Below the pieces are notes generated by a model that was given only the letters and a program-made list of their open reading frames with translations, did no database searches and was not told the origin of the DNA. DNA of 61,329 nt, filler included, from Chiloscyllium plagiosum (lineage: Eukaryota): the NCBI RefSeq assembly GCF_004010195.1. It is 2 parts of one record of this genome, joined end to end, with 100 filler letters (N's around TTAATTAATTAA, not from the genome) between each part and the next. Parts side by side here need not be neighbours in the genome. Positions count along the whole stretch, not along the records: positions 29,682 to 61,329 come from NC_057713.1; 1 more part is not named here. One strand, written 5' to 3'. Shown here piece by piece: positions 37,765 through 50,984 of the stretch; position 1 is the first letter of the stretch; each line of letters starts with the position of its first letter. The position numbers and the translations under genes are program-made.

Positions 37765-39600
37765 TGTAACTCACATGGTTTGCTTTTATATATTGATGTA
37801 TAATATATGAGTTTTAGTGTTTGGACTTTGAATAGTCGCATATGGGGTTAGTTATTCTTGTCAGTGTTTTACTTAAAAGTATTAGGTAGGCAGTTCTTTC
37901 AGAATAATGACATGATCCAACATATGTCAAGAAGCAGAGAATCTCTGGAGTGTTAATAGAAAATTCTTTGTATTGTGGTAGCTATGACAGGTGGGGTAAA
38001 CATTGAAAGCTATTAGCTTGTTTCAGATTCAGGAGATTCAGGGAAGGATTTTACCTGAGAAACCCCAAGATTAAAAGTTTTCAGGGCAGTTCAGAGGAGT
38101 TCTGACTGGGTTAGAAGAAAGTATAGTCTCTCTCTTAGTGAAGAATACAGGACAGTTCAGGAGAACACAGCTATCTTAATGTAAAAGTTTAATTTGTGAA
38201 ACTTCCAAACCAATAGTCCACACTAATCAAACTTCTTAAGAGATTTGTGAGTAATTCAAAGCTTAGAAAATTTAAGTTCTCAGTTTTATGGGTTTGCAGG
38301 CAAGAAGACATCACAGTCCACAGGCAATGGGGGGAAACCAGTTTAGTCAAAATGAAAGATTTGAGACAGTTCTCTGGATTTGAGACCCCTAACATATAGT
38401 ATCAGGAAATGGGATGAGATTTTGTTTTCCTGTATATTTCAATCTTACAAACCATATTTAAGTAGCTTAGTTTGTTTATTGTTTTCACCTTTTCTGCAAT
38501 AAATTATTTGCTCTGTTGTTTAAAAACATTGCAGCCTCCAGTGACAATACTTTAGTGAGTGACTACCATATTAATAAAAGCAAAAAAAGTCTGTGACACC
38601 AAATTTCTCTCTGGGATCTGACTTTTCCAATAATACCATCAGCAGGACCTTAACAAATGAGGGCTTTTGCCGGGATTTGAGTTCTTTGAATTTAAGAGGG
38701 ATGTACGACTCTTTTAAACAAAGAGCATACGAAGGTACTGAATGTTACACAGAGGTAGTGAGGTTAATTGTGTAAATTGAATTTTCAAATGCCTCTGAGT
38801 GTTGTTAAGAGTTTTCTGGGAGTAGAAGGCTTAACAGTTGTTTATTTGAAAGTTTTGATGGATGGTAATCATAGATAGTAATCATAGAAATTGGAAGCAA
38901 AAATGAAAGTAGGGTCTCCTAGGGAGGAGATGCTAAGAGTGATTATCCAGCCTTTGGAATTGCAAGAAGGGAAACAATGAAGGATTGGATTTGACTAAAA
39001 TAGTCTATGTTTAATGGCTAAACGAACTGAGGATAGAGTCAAAAGATAGTTAATCTTATTTGAAAAAGGAAGAAAATTGGTGGGATAGAAAATCTGCAGA
39101 TGGAAGAAGTACCAGGTTTAGAGAAAAATGAAAGAACTCCCAGATAAGAAAGGGAAAAGGCTAGAGCTAAAAAGTGATGTAAAGAAAATATATGCTTCCA
39201 TTGTATTAAGGTGGGCATACCAAAGTTAATTGCTGGAAGTGAAATGGGACACTGAAAGCAGTTATAGGAATGGGAAAGGAACTTCCAAAACAAGGCATAA
39301 GGAAATAGGCATTAAAGTTATAGTGGTAATCCAAGAACTAAATGTTTCCTTAGAATGTACTAAAAAGGGAAAGATAACAGGATAATCATGAAAAGTCTTC
39401 TTTGAGAGAATCAAATACTAGGTGTTCTAGAATATTTTATCTTGAAGGAAGAGTTATTTGTTACACTTGAAATCAAGGAGGTAAGCCAATAAAGATATTG
39501 AGAAACATTGGACAAATCAGCCTCTGATGCTGGCTAATGGCACCATCCATCTTCCAGAGGACCTAATGAAAGAGAGAATATTAATTGAAGATATACACAA
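37765..39600 (+). mobile_element. Decayed Ty3/Gypsy (Gmr1-like) LTR retrotransposon: putative 5' LTR 37765-38655, PBS, gag and protease remnants
   Basis: TGTAAC...TAACA, then a tRNA-Pro-like PBS tgagggcttttgccgggat (38658-38676). Frameshifted CCHC knuckle CFHCIKVG/HTKVNCWK (39193-39239) and protease-like KPIKILRNIG (about 39483-39512). Confidence 0.65.
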
Positions 39601-41819
39601 AGGTTGCAAAATAATCAAATTAATTTGTTGGCCCTTCTGAACAGGGAATTTGTCAACTCCCTGATGCTCATGGGTGTTGCATCCTGGGAAATAAAATTAC
39701 AAAAGTCCCCATGGAGCCCTGGAATGAGGTGTTGACATGCAGAGCTAAACCTATTGTTACTTTGGATTACCTTTCGTATGGAGATCTGGCATCGGATTCT
39801 TGCCAAAGCCATGGGACTACAGGTGTTGTTGAAGGAACACACACAGCTCAGTGACCATCTCCTGGAAAAGCCTTAACCATCTCTGACATTGCCTTTTGGC
39901 TGCGTTCTGAAGGTGTATGGATATGCCAATGCTCTTTGTTGAAGATGCCTGCTAGGTTTCTTCTTCTCTTCCCCTTGGCTAATCAAGCTAATTGCTACAC
40001 TGTAGGGTGACCAAGGCCTTCCTCTGGCGAATCTTCTTCTCCCTTTTCCCTAGCTTGCAAAACTCTTTGGCAATGGACATCTGACCCATTGTGAATCCAC
40101 AATGTGAGCTTTGTGAAGAAGGAATGACCCTTGTCATTCCAGATCTCACTAGAGGATCAGTGGCATAGTAAGAATATCTGCTGACATGGTTCAAATACAA
40201 TCATGAAATCTGGAACTGAAAGCTAGACATGGTGACCATGAAACTGTATTTGATTGTGATGAAAGCCATCTTTACGGCCATCACTCTGTCATCCACCCAC
40301 GATCCTCTCAGCATCAGAGTTTCTTTAAAGAAGTAAGTCTGCTGTCCTTATATGTGAATCTAGATCCACTACAATTGTCCTCTGAATGGCCCAGCAAAGC
40401 ATTCAGTTTAATAGGTAGTTAGAATAGGCAACAGTTTCTGGCCTTGCCAGCGGTGCACACATCCCATAAATAAAGTAAAGAGAAAAATCATTCTCAGCTA
40501 TTTTGGCATTATCCTGGGCTTTTCATCCATCATCTTAATCTACACTCAGTATCTCTTGACCTTCCCTCAGATACCCTTAATTGGTCCTGTCTACAGATGG
40601 AACTGCCCTGCTTCAAGCTTGAGATCCATACTCTAGCCATGACCTGTCATGTGTGGTTCGGCTACCTCCTTAGACACATAGAACCAGACCACTGCAATGT
40701 TAGATCCTGCCCAAGGGATGGAGCCCAGATGCATTCACTTACCTCCTCTCTCCTGGCTCTGACATATTTCAGTCCTTTTCTATGTTGCTGTTTCAGGAAC
40801 CAACCAACACAATACAACTGTTGTACCACTTGAAGACCCAACCAGCACCACCATCTCACATAACCTTGTCCTTGTGACTGCTCTTCTCCCCTGCACCACT
40901 GAGTAAGACAAAGTCAAAACATCACCTCACATCAAAAGATTGAACAACATCAGAGTTAACATTTCAAGTTCAATATGATTCTCCTTTGGAATCTATGTAT
41001 TGAACTCGAAACATCAACTCTGCATTTTGCTCTCCATGGATGATGTCAGACCCATGGGTTTCTTGAGCACTTCTTGATTTTATTTCAGATCTCCATCTTC
41101 TATTTTCCTTTGGATTGAATAACTTGGTGCAAACCATGATTAAGCTGCCGGGAAACAGGAGGAGCAAATCTACTGTATGTTGTCTTGATCTTGAAAGTAT
41201 GATTTAATTTGGTGAAGTTTCCATTTAATAATAATTGTAGTTAGGTGAAAGCAAGGTAAACATGCCCTTCCATTGAGTAATGTGATGCTCACTCTGGAGC
41301 CATCAAGACACCAAAAGGATTTCTCAAAATCAACCCAACATCCGGAAACATATTTCAGCTTTTACCTCATTAAATCTCCCCACTCGCTTTGTTATCCACT
41401 TCTAAAGGACACAAAGGATATTGCCCCTTGAGTGTAAAATCTAAACTGACATTCAGGTGCAGTGCTAAAGGAGTACTTTACAGTTGGAAATGCCTTTTCA
41501 ATGAGGTGTTAAATTGACAGAGGAGTTGCCATGTGAATGCATCCTACACAACATGATAACTCATCACAGATGTACAGGCAATTCCTACAGCAGAAAAGAA
41601 TTACTGGATCCTTCCCACACACAGAGACAATCCACCCTTGGAAAGCAAAGTGGCTACTCAAGCAATTACTTTACTCTCAAAATATTTTAACAAAATATTG
41701 ACAGTAATTGTAGAGTTAGGAAGAGCTGCTGCAGTAAAAAAAAAAGTGAACAAATAGTTTATTTTTCTAAATTGTATCATACATGTATATGTGGTACTGT
41801 TTAAGACTCACCCCTCTTC

Positions 41820-42150
41820 TGAGGGGGTCGGGTGAAACCTGGGGCCAATGACGTAAGTAGAAAAAGGGGTGAGGTCTTACAACAAGAATTTAGGGAGCCA
41901 GGTAGCAGATTCAAAAGCAAGACCTCAAAAATTTGTGATCTCTGGATTACTGCCGGTGCCACATGTAGATATAAAGGAATGGATGCATGACTGAACAGGT
42001 GAACTAGGATTTAGGGCTTTAGATTCTGGGGAAGGTGGGACCTGAACAAGTTCAGTGGGTTGTAACTGAACCAGAATGAGACCAACATCCTTGTGTGGAG
42101 GTTTGCTCAGGCAGTTAGTGGGGTTTGAATTAATCTGGCAGGAGGAATGA
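41820..42150 (+). mobile_element. CR1 ORF1 SGNH-esterase fragment
   Basis: GANDVSRKRGEVLQQEFRE...KSKTSK / VISGLLPVPH. Confidence 0.7.
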
Positions 42151-42369
42151 CTACATGATTGATCAGACAGGAAAATTTCTCAGTTTGGAAGGGATTCCAC
42201 TGTCAGAATGTCAAGTGGCACTGTGACCGCACCAAGAGTGTCATGTTGGTGTTTGCACTATATCGAGACAGCTGGCAGGATTCTTTCATCCAAGTGAGAA
42301 CAGATACTACAGCTATTCATAGTACTCCAGAGACATGGATGGGTTGAGAGGGGCCATTATCTCGCCAAA

Positions 42370-43392
42370 CAAAGAGACCTTGGGGTGCAGGTAGACAGGA
42401 TGGTGAAGAAGGCATTTGGCACACTTGCCTTCATTGATCAGAACATTGAGTATAAGGTTTCGGTTCTACAAGACATTGCTGAAGCCACTTTTAAAATTCT
42501 GCGATCAATTCTGGTTGTTGGTCGATAGGAAGGATTTTATTAAACTTGAGAGGTTGCAGAAAAGATTTACAAGGATGTTGCCAGGACTGGACGGTTTGGG
42601 TTATAGGGGAGGGGTGACACAATGGCTGGTGGTTAGCACTGCTGCTTCACGACGCCAAGGACCTGGGTTCAACTCCAGCCTCAGGTGACTGCCTGTGTGG
42701 TGTTTGCACATTCCCCCCATGGGTTTGCGTGGGTTTCCTCTGGATGCTCAGGTTTCTTCCCACAATCCAAAGATGTGCAGGTTATGTGAATTGGCTATGC
42801 TAAATTGTCCATAGTATTCAGGGGTGTGTAGGTTAGGTGTATTAGTCATGGGAAATGTAGAGTAATAGGTTAGGGGAATGGGTCTGGGTGGGATATCTCC
42901 AGAGGGTTGGTGTGCACTTGTTGGGCTGAATGGCCTGCTTCCACTCTGTAGGGATTCTATGATTCTATGAGAGGCTGAACAAACTGGGCCTTTTTACCCT
43001 GGAGCATTGGAGACTAAGGGTTGACCTTATAGAGGTTTATAAAATCATAAGGGGCATGGAAAAGGGTAAATAGCCAAAGTCTTATTCCTAGGGTGGGCAG
43101 GGGGGTTCAAAACTAGAGGGTGTAAGTTTAAGGTGAGAAGGAAAAGAGTTGAAATGGGCCTCAGGAGTAACTTTTTCACACAGAGGGTGGTGCGTGTATG
43201 GAATGAGCTGCTTGAGGAAGTGGTTGTGGTGGGTACAATTAAAATAATTAAAAGACATCTGGATGGGTGCATGAATAGAAAGGGTTTAGAGGGATATGAG
43301 CCAAATACTGTTAAATAGAAGTAAATCAGATTGAAATGTCTGGTCAGCGCAGACGAGTTGGGCCGAAGTATCTGCCGTAGGACTCTATGACA
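42370..43392 (+). mobile_element. CR1 3' fragment split by an HE1 SINE
   Basis: KLERLQKRFTRMLPGL before 42608 and gaggctgaac continuation after 42970. RSNFFTQRVV present. Confidence 0.85.
42610..42970 (+). mobile_element. HE1-type V-SINE
   Basis: gtggttagcactgctgc head, V-domain, (attctatg)n tail. Confidence 0.85.
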
Positions 43393-43655
43393 CAATGACC
43401 ATGAAGAGATGCGCACTGACAGAGGTAAGGTATTCTATTGAGCTGAGCTTCTAAGCTTTGACTCCAGTGTCTATACCAGTTAAGAGACCACCTCCAGGGT
43501 TGCATTTTCTGGTTGTCTGTCGTACTCAAAAGAGGAGTGAACTTTGAAGAGATGAGAAAAGGGAGAGAATAATTTATCAGCTGACACATTATATTTGCCT
43601 GTACTTCTGTATGATTTTTTTGATTTGTTCATGGGATATGGGCCTCACAGACTTT

Positions 43656-43936
43656 TAGATTAGATTCCCTACAATGTGGAAACAGGCCCTTTGGCCCAAC
43701 CAGTCCACACCAACCTTCTGAAGAGTAACTCACCTAGACCCATTTCCCTCTGACTAATGTACCTAACGCTATGGGCAATTTAGCATGGCCAATTCACAGC
43801 TTTTGGACTATGTGAGGAAACCCACACAGACACAGGGAGAATGTGCAAACTCCACACACACAATCGCCCGAGGCTGGAATCAAGCGTGGGACCCTGGCGC
43901 TGTGAGGCAGCAGTGCTAACCACTGAGCCACTGTGC
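43656..43936 (-). mobile_element. HE1-type V-SINE
   Basis: Same structure as 30886-31176. Confidence 0.85.
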
Positions 43937-44935
43937 TTGACCACTATTTATTACCCATTCCTAGGTGTTCTTGTAGAGTTAGTGGTGAGCTGCATTATTG
44001 ATGGCTGTAGGCCAAGATGGGGAGGGTATTCTCAGGAAGAAAGTTCCAGGGCTTTGACCCAGCAATTGAAAAAGAAGCCATGTGATGAATGAAGTGGAGT
44101 AATGAAACAAAATGAGTGTATCGACATGGCTAAATGGTAGTCATCAAGGTAGGCAGTGATAGTGCAAACAGAATGAGGTAATTGGATGGAGTTTGGGGCA
44201 AACTGATTATGAAATATTATTTCAGAGTCGGGCTAACTTCTAAAATGGGCTGGGTCTTTAGGGTCTCATGGCTATTTGGAGCTTGATGTGCCTATTGTGG
44301 TTCGGTCAATAACACTCACTTCAGAAGATTGTGCAGAAAAATCAAGTCTGGCATTAAGTGCAGTACTGAGGGAGGGCTACACTGCCACAGGTGTTACCTT
44401 TTGGACGAAATAGTAAAATGAGATCCCATTTTTGCTCCCTTATTCGAAAAGGGGAGACAAAAAACAGATGACTATAGATCAGTTAGCTTAACATCTGCCA
44501 TTATAAAGGACATTCTAAGGGTACCTGCCTGTAATACGCCTGCAGGCAGTGATGTTCCAGATACCCATAACCATCTGGGTGAAAACATTTCCCCTCAAAT
44601 CCCCTCTAAATCCTTACTCTAAAATTATACCTCCTCTGGTTACTGATCCTACTAAGGGGAAATTTTTCCTCTATCTACCACGTCTATATCTCTCAGGACA
44701 CTTGAGTATATCCCCACACTGCCTTCACTGCTCTAAGGAAAACAATCCCAGTCTCTTTTCTTGTAGCTGGATAAATATTACAAATGGTTTCTAGATACTC
44801 TTGGCAGATGAGGACTGGAAGCCATAGGAGTGCAAACCAATTGACATTTATTTGCTTTTGCACAGTTTAGAGAGATATGGTTCAACAAGAGTCCTTTAGA
44901 ACCTTCATCCAGCTTAAAGTAATCTGATACGTGAG

Positions 44936-45250
44936 ATGGCACGGTGGCACGGTGGTTAGCACCGCTAACTCACAGCACAGGGACCTGGGTTTGATTCCAC
45001 CCTCAGGCGACTGTATGAGTGGAATTTGCAAATTCTCCCTGTGTCTGTGTGGGTGTCCTCTGGGTGCTCAGGTTTCCTCCCACGGTCTGAAGATATACAG
45101 GTTAGATGGATCAACCATGTCAAATTATCCAGGGAGTGCAGGCTAGTTCGGTTAGCCATGGGAAATGCAGGGTTATAGGGATTGGGTGGGATTCTCTTCG
45201 GAGAGTTGGTGTGGACATGAAGGGCCTGCTTCCCACAAGGATTCTATGAT
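44936..45250 (+). mobile_element. HE1-type V-SINE (variant tail)
   Basis: ggcacggtggcacggtggttagcacc head and V-domain. Confidence 0.8.
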
Positions 45251-45889
45251 ATTTTTGATACTGCAGGGTAGCTATTAGTATAACAGCTATTAACACATAA
45301 TGCTATACCCTCTCTAACAGATCCTTCTTCCATTTCTTTACTACTCACATTTTCATTTATTCTTTGTCCCTACCTCCAAAGTCTCTTTCACCAAAGGCAT
45401 CAAACTCCAGTAATGTTTGCTGTTCAGTTTGAGTATCAGATATGTAGGTGTTCTATATTATTTTCCTTTGACTACAAACACATTCACAGACTGGGATACC
45501 AAGTTCTCATAGCAGCTGGTACCTGGGCTGTGCTGCTGAAAACATCTTGAAGACAAAAGCAGTGAAGACTCTTCAAAGAAGGAATGATTCAAAAAACAAA
45601 TTTTCAGGTCCTGAATCATGAAACTCCAGTTAAGAGGAAGACAACAAATTGAAATTCTCATTCTTATCATTTTCCTTCTTTTCCTACGAAGGGAGAAAGG
45701 TTAAAACACCAGTTTGACAAAAATAAAGCACTTTCCACTCCTCTGGGCAACTACAGAATTGCATCATTCACTGCTGGTGTAATGATGAAATAATTCTTCA
45801 GCATCTCGTCCAGGAATTCTTGGTGTACACAAAAAGAAGAACAAAGGCAATTGTGAAAACTTTTCTGAAGACAAAGGAATTATGATTTC

Positions 45890-46065
45890 TTGCATTTAAA
45901 AGGCATCTGGATGGGTATATGAATAGGAAGGGTTTGGAGGGTTTTGGGCCAGGTGCTGGCAGGTGGGACTAGATTGGGTTGGGATATCTGATCGGTATGA
46001 CGGGTTGGACCGAAGGGTCTGTTTCCATGCTGTACATCTCTATGACTCTGTGACTATGACTCTAA
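45890..46065 (+). mobile_element. Short CR1 3' end
   Basis: Matches 11110-11286, including the tandem tail. Confidence 0.85.
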
Positions 46066-46129
46066 GTTCTCTTCATATCTCGACCACTCCAACCCAGGCA
46101 ACATTCTGATGAATCTCTTCACCTTCTTT

Positions 46130-46690
46130 AGTACAGTCATCAGCAAATTTATCTACTATACCTTCAGCCCCTTCATCCAAATCATTTATATTAATCTCAA
46201 TGAGTTGAGGCTCAGCATTGAACCCCCATGGCACACCATTCATGACATCCTGCCAGCCTGAAAAAGACTCATTTGTCCCTAGTCTCCCTATTTCCTGTTT
46301 GTTAACCAGCTAATCTTCTATCCATGCCAATATGTCACTCCAAAACCATGAGCTTGCATTTTCTACAATAACCTTTGATGTGGCATCTTATCAAATACCT
46401 TTTGGAAATCAAAGGACAATACATCCATCGGTTGCCCTTTATCTGCAGCACAGGTTCCTTCTTCAAATAACTCCAATAAATTAATTAAACATTTCTTTTT
46501 GACAAAACCATGTTTGTTCCTCTTAATTGCCTTGAACTTATCCAAGTGCCCTGTTATGATGTTTTTAATAGTAACTTCTAATATTTTCCCTATGTCAGAT
46601 ATTCAGCCTGTAGTTTCCTGCTTTCTGCCTCCCTTCCTCCCTTTCTGAATAAAAGGGAAAAATTGTATTTTTCCAATCTAAAGGAACCTA
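46130..46690 (-). mobile_element. CR1 RT fragment
   Basis: HGFVKKKCLINLLELFE...DFQKVFDKMPH. Confidence 0.8.
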
Positions 46691-46714
46691 AACGAGTTTT
46701 GGTAAAAAATGTTA

Positions 46715-46965
46715 AAAATCCTATGCTACAACTTTGAAGCACAGCTGAGCTGTCTGGCTAGTATTAATGTTCCAAACAACATCAAAAACGTTGATCATCT
46801 GGTCATTATCATATTGCTGTTTATGGAAACTTGCTGTTTTCAAATTGCCTGTTGCATTTCTACATTCTAACAAAGAACACACTTCAAAATTGTTTCATGG
46901 TTTGTAGGTATTTTGGGAGGTCCAGTGGTCATGAGAAACACTACATAAATGCAAATTGTCTTTTT
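46715..46965 (+). mobile_element. SacSINE1-like DeuSINE 3' part
   Basis: atctggtcattatcatattgctgtttatgg...cacttcaaa...ataaatgcaa tail. Partial copies near 41425-41520, 44320-44430 and 48830-48990(-). Confidence 0.6.
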
Positions 46966-47747
46966 TGCTGTTCCAAGCAAGTCTTCATTTTTACTGGGGT
47001 TAAATTCCCTTTAAACCCAAAGAACTATATTTCATCTGGCAGAGATTAACCTTTTTGGTGACCCAGAGATAGATATTGTTATGTCGCTGTTTGTGCTATA
47101 GTTCAATGTGTAGTATTCTTGGCTGCTTCTGCCTTACACCCACCTCAGTCTTAAATTTAACATACTCTGATCAAAGGCACTGGTGAATTTCCTGCTCATC
47201 AAGTACTGTAGATCAACACTATCATATTATCACAGCAGCCTTGCATTCAATAAAAGGCACATAAATACAGGATGAGAAAGCAAGTTAGTCTCTGAAGGTA
47301 CATAAACATATATTCACAGTGTGTAGTCTTAGGAAGAAGTCAAGTCTCAGGCGAGACGGTGTGGTAGGTTAAAACATTTTTGAACTTCTTTGTGGATGTA
47401 TTAATTTTATGTCAAAGAACTCTATCAAGAAGGCTTGTAGTTGCAGAGCTATGCTGACTTAACTCCTCACTAGCTTGGTGCCAGTTAGGGTGTTAAGTTG
47501 GCATGAGTAGTTCAGAAATAATGAAGTAAAGAATCAATTAGAGTCCAGTGATTTTTGGCCTATAATGTGGCTCTATTATTTTGGTTTTGACTCAAAAGTG
47601 GGCCTGTTTGATCTTGTAGAATTCCTGACACAAATCAGAAGGTTTTGGTGTAAGCCACACTCTAGCTTATATTTTAGGTAGATAACCTTGTCCATCTATT
47701 TGAAATAATGAAAAGTTGAGCATCTGCTATGCCTGGACGTATAAAGG

Positions 47748-48043
47748 TTAGATTAGATTTCCTACAGTGTGGAAACAGGCCCTTCAGTCCAAACCGACCC
47801 TCCGAAGAGTAACCCACCCAGACCCATTTCCCTCTGACTAATGCACCTAACACTATGGGCAATTTAACATGGCCAATTCACCCGACCTGCAGGTCTTTGG
47901 AGGAAACCAGAACACCCAGAGGCAACCCACGCAGACATGAGGAGAATGTCCAAACTCCACACAGATAGTCACCTGAGGCCAGAATCAAACCTGGGACCCT
48001 GGTGCTGTGAGGCAGCAGTGCTAACCACTGTGCCACCATGCCA
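47748..48043 (-). mobile_element. HE1-type V-SINE
   Basis: Head, V-domain and tail recognisable. Confidence 0.85.
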
Positions 48044-48445
48044 TCACCTCACCAGAAGTGCTGAAGTTTCCATGAAGGGTAGGAAGGTTTAAAAACAACA
48101 TTTTTGTATTTTACACAACATTCTAGCCCAGTACTAAGGAACTAATTCCAAGCGGAAACATGTACATTGGGAGAAACTGTTTCCAGTGGTAGAAGACTTG
48201 ACAATCTGGAACACAAATGTAAATTTCTGCCAAAACAAAAGAGGAAATAAATTGCTCAATGAGTTATTACAATCTGGAATGAACTGCCTGAAAGTGTTCT
48301 GGAAACAGATTCATTTATAACTTTCAAAAGGAATTAGATGAATACTGGAAAAGGAAAGAAAACACAGCACTCTTGAGAAAGTAAAACCAATTCAATGGCT
48401 AGTAGTCATATGGCATAAAAACCTTGAGTTTTGCTACAAAGAGAC

Positions 48446-48670
48446 CCATTCTATCAAAACGTTTTATCTTTCATTCATCAGGACAATTCACAAGAATACC
48501 AGTTCAAGAGGAAAAACAGCATTTATATGCATGAGATGAGTGCTGTTTATTTGACAAATGGACTCTGATTGGTTGAGGCATTGCTGTGGAAATTGCACCT
48601 AAGGATGATTGACAGTTAACTGCCAGACTTTGTCTAAATTTTAAAGCAGGCAGGTCGAGACTGATTGGTG
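48446..48670 (-). mobile_element. PLE-like terminal repeat with CCAAT/TATA elements and a decayed hammerhead core
   Basis: Minus strand reads ccaatcag x2, tataaa, then gtcCTGATGAatgaaagataaaacgtt. Confidence 0.5.
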
Positions 48671-50654
48671 AAGACAATGCCTTTATATGCTGGAGAAGTG
48701 CAGCAAAAATGGAAGGATGTGGGGTAGACAAAATCACTTGGACCAAGGCAAACAACTCCATACATAGACTTGCAGGGATAATGATCTTGAAGTCAACAAA
48801 AGAAACCAGTTAAATTTCACAAAGATGAAGAAAGAATCTGCATTTATAATCTTTCACATCTTTAGGATGTCTCAAAATGCAAAGAAATTCAGTAACCAAT
48901 TCAGGAATAATAAGCTCCTGCAATCAGCATTGAGATAATTTGCAGATAATGTGTTTTATTGTTGTTGGTTAAGTGATAGATATTAAGCAAAATTTCCACA
49001 TTGACATGGTGGAAAGGTTTATGCACTCTGATGATCCACTGAGTGATGCCATTGGGAGCTCATTACTGCTTATAACCACGACAGCACAGTTGCAGGGAGG
49101 GGCCAATCAAATTGTAGTCAAAATAGTCCTCTATGGCAGAACAAGCGAAGGAAGACTTTATATCTCATTACTTGCGAAAGTGTAAGAAGACTGCTCCAGT
49201 AAGATGGTCCTGATCAATGTTGTTTGACATATCACAGAAATGTAGAACAGTGGTGATGGAAGCTCTGGACTTGTAAACCAGAAACCCAGCCAACAGGAGT
49301 TCAAATCCCATCAAGGCAGCTGATGAAGTTTAATGAATCTCAGCAACTGTGTGCATGATAACTATCCTTGATTGTTAGAAAACTGATCTGGTTCACCAAT
49401 GTCCTTTTGGGAAGTGGATCTGCCATCCTTACCTGGTCTGACCTAAAAATGATTCCAGACCCTTGGAAATGTGGTGGATCTTACCTGCCATCTAAAATAG
49501 CAAGGCAATTTCTGGGCAATTGCCGATGAGCAGCAAATGCTGGTCTTCCTGTTGCCCACATTGCATGAAAGAGAAGAGAAAGAACAAGCCCATTAAGATG
49601 GCACCTCAATGTCCCCATGATAAACAAAGTCACATGCAAGTTTCTATCAGGGATCCTTTGTCTTATTCTTTTGGGTTCGAGATTTGGCAATAGGACAGGG
49701 CTGTGAAATTGAGAGCCCCTATACCAGAATCTGGACAAAGAGATTCATTGCATGGTCATTGCATGCCATATCCAGTGAGTTCACCATCTTTGTGGTCAAA
49801 GGTTGAACACTTCAAATTTTGCAACTCTGAATGTTAGAATACAGAATCACAGAATTGTTACTTGCAGAAAGAGGCCATTGAGTGCATTGTGTCTGCGCTG
49901 GCAATGCTCCTGGATAATTGCAAGTGCATCTGTCTGGAAAGAAGAATTGCAATTCCATCAAAGGAATTATCACACCCTGATTAAGAATTGGCTTCCTGAG
50001 AAGGAGCAGCTGAAGAAACATACTGTGATCTATACCATCTAATGGGAGGGAAAGGCTGACAGCTTTAGGATCTGGTATTTGCTTTAATTGAAGTTTAAGA
50101 CTTGGGTCAATCACAATTGCAAGGAAACAGCCCTAAAAGAGACTTTCAGCTCAGACTAGATACAAAACCACGTGAGTATGAGAATGGTTCCATTAGTTTT
50201 ATTTGGCGGACTTTATTAGGTTTCACACAATAAGCACAAAATCATGGTCATGATACCTTCAGTTGACTAGGCGATTGTCTCTTGATTGAAGTCTATCTTC
50301 TGTTTTTATTCATTCTTGATGATGATATGTGCTGAGCAGCTTACAAATCCTTATTTTATACACAGATTCCAGCTTGGCTGTGCACCCATGTGGGTTAAAA
50401 TGTGGCTTCTGTCCATCTGATTGATCAGTTAAAACACCTATCTATACTTCCACTGTGCTACTTTGTACCTGGCTTAGGTCACTGCCATTGACATTTAGCA
50501 GGGCTGCAAGATACTGCTTTCTTGTTGTTTATTCATCCAGAATAACCACTAAATGAGACTAATATGTGCTTGTCCTGTTTCACAGCTATTCATGGCTAGA
50601 CATGTTTACATTAGTTACTGGTTAAAATTAACAGCTATGTATACACAGCTATGT

Positions 50655-50850
50655 AAATGCTGGAAACCAGATTAGAGTGGTGCTGGAAAAGCACAGCAGT
50701 TCAGGCAGCATCCGAGGAGCAGGAAAATCGACATTTCGGGCAATATTCAGGAATATTCCTGATGAAGGACTTTTGCCCGAAACGTTGATTTTCCTGCTCC
50801 TCGGATGCTACCTGAACTGCTGTGCTTTTCCAGCACCACTCTAATCCAGA
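50655..50850. mobile_element. Fold-back PLE insertion with a + strand hammerhead-like core (50755-50790)
   Basis: Arms gattagagtggtgctggaaaagcacagcagttcagg / cctgaactgctgtgcttttccagcaccactctaatc. Core CTGATGA...cccGAAACgtt. Confidence 0.8.
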
Positions 50851-50984
50851 ATAAGATTAACAGCTTCCCGGGGATTACCCACATTCTAATGATTTTTGAA
50901 AAAGGAACTTTAGATAGTCTGAATCGTACTTTTGATCACTTCTAGATAAGTCATGATTTGCACCAAACTGTAGCCAACATCCAA

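Noticed and set aside
39990..40140. Possible RTE RT remnant on the minus strand (SHCGFTMGQ)
   Set aside because: Only faint similarity to the ESQCGFR motif, too weak to call.
45540..45760. aaagcagtgaagact resembling the start of the next crhr2 exon (KAVK)
   Set aside because: No acceptor in the right position, and the frame does not continue as ATLVLLPLLG.
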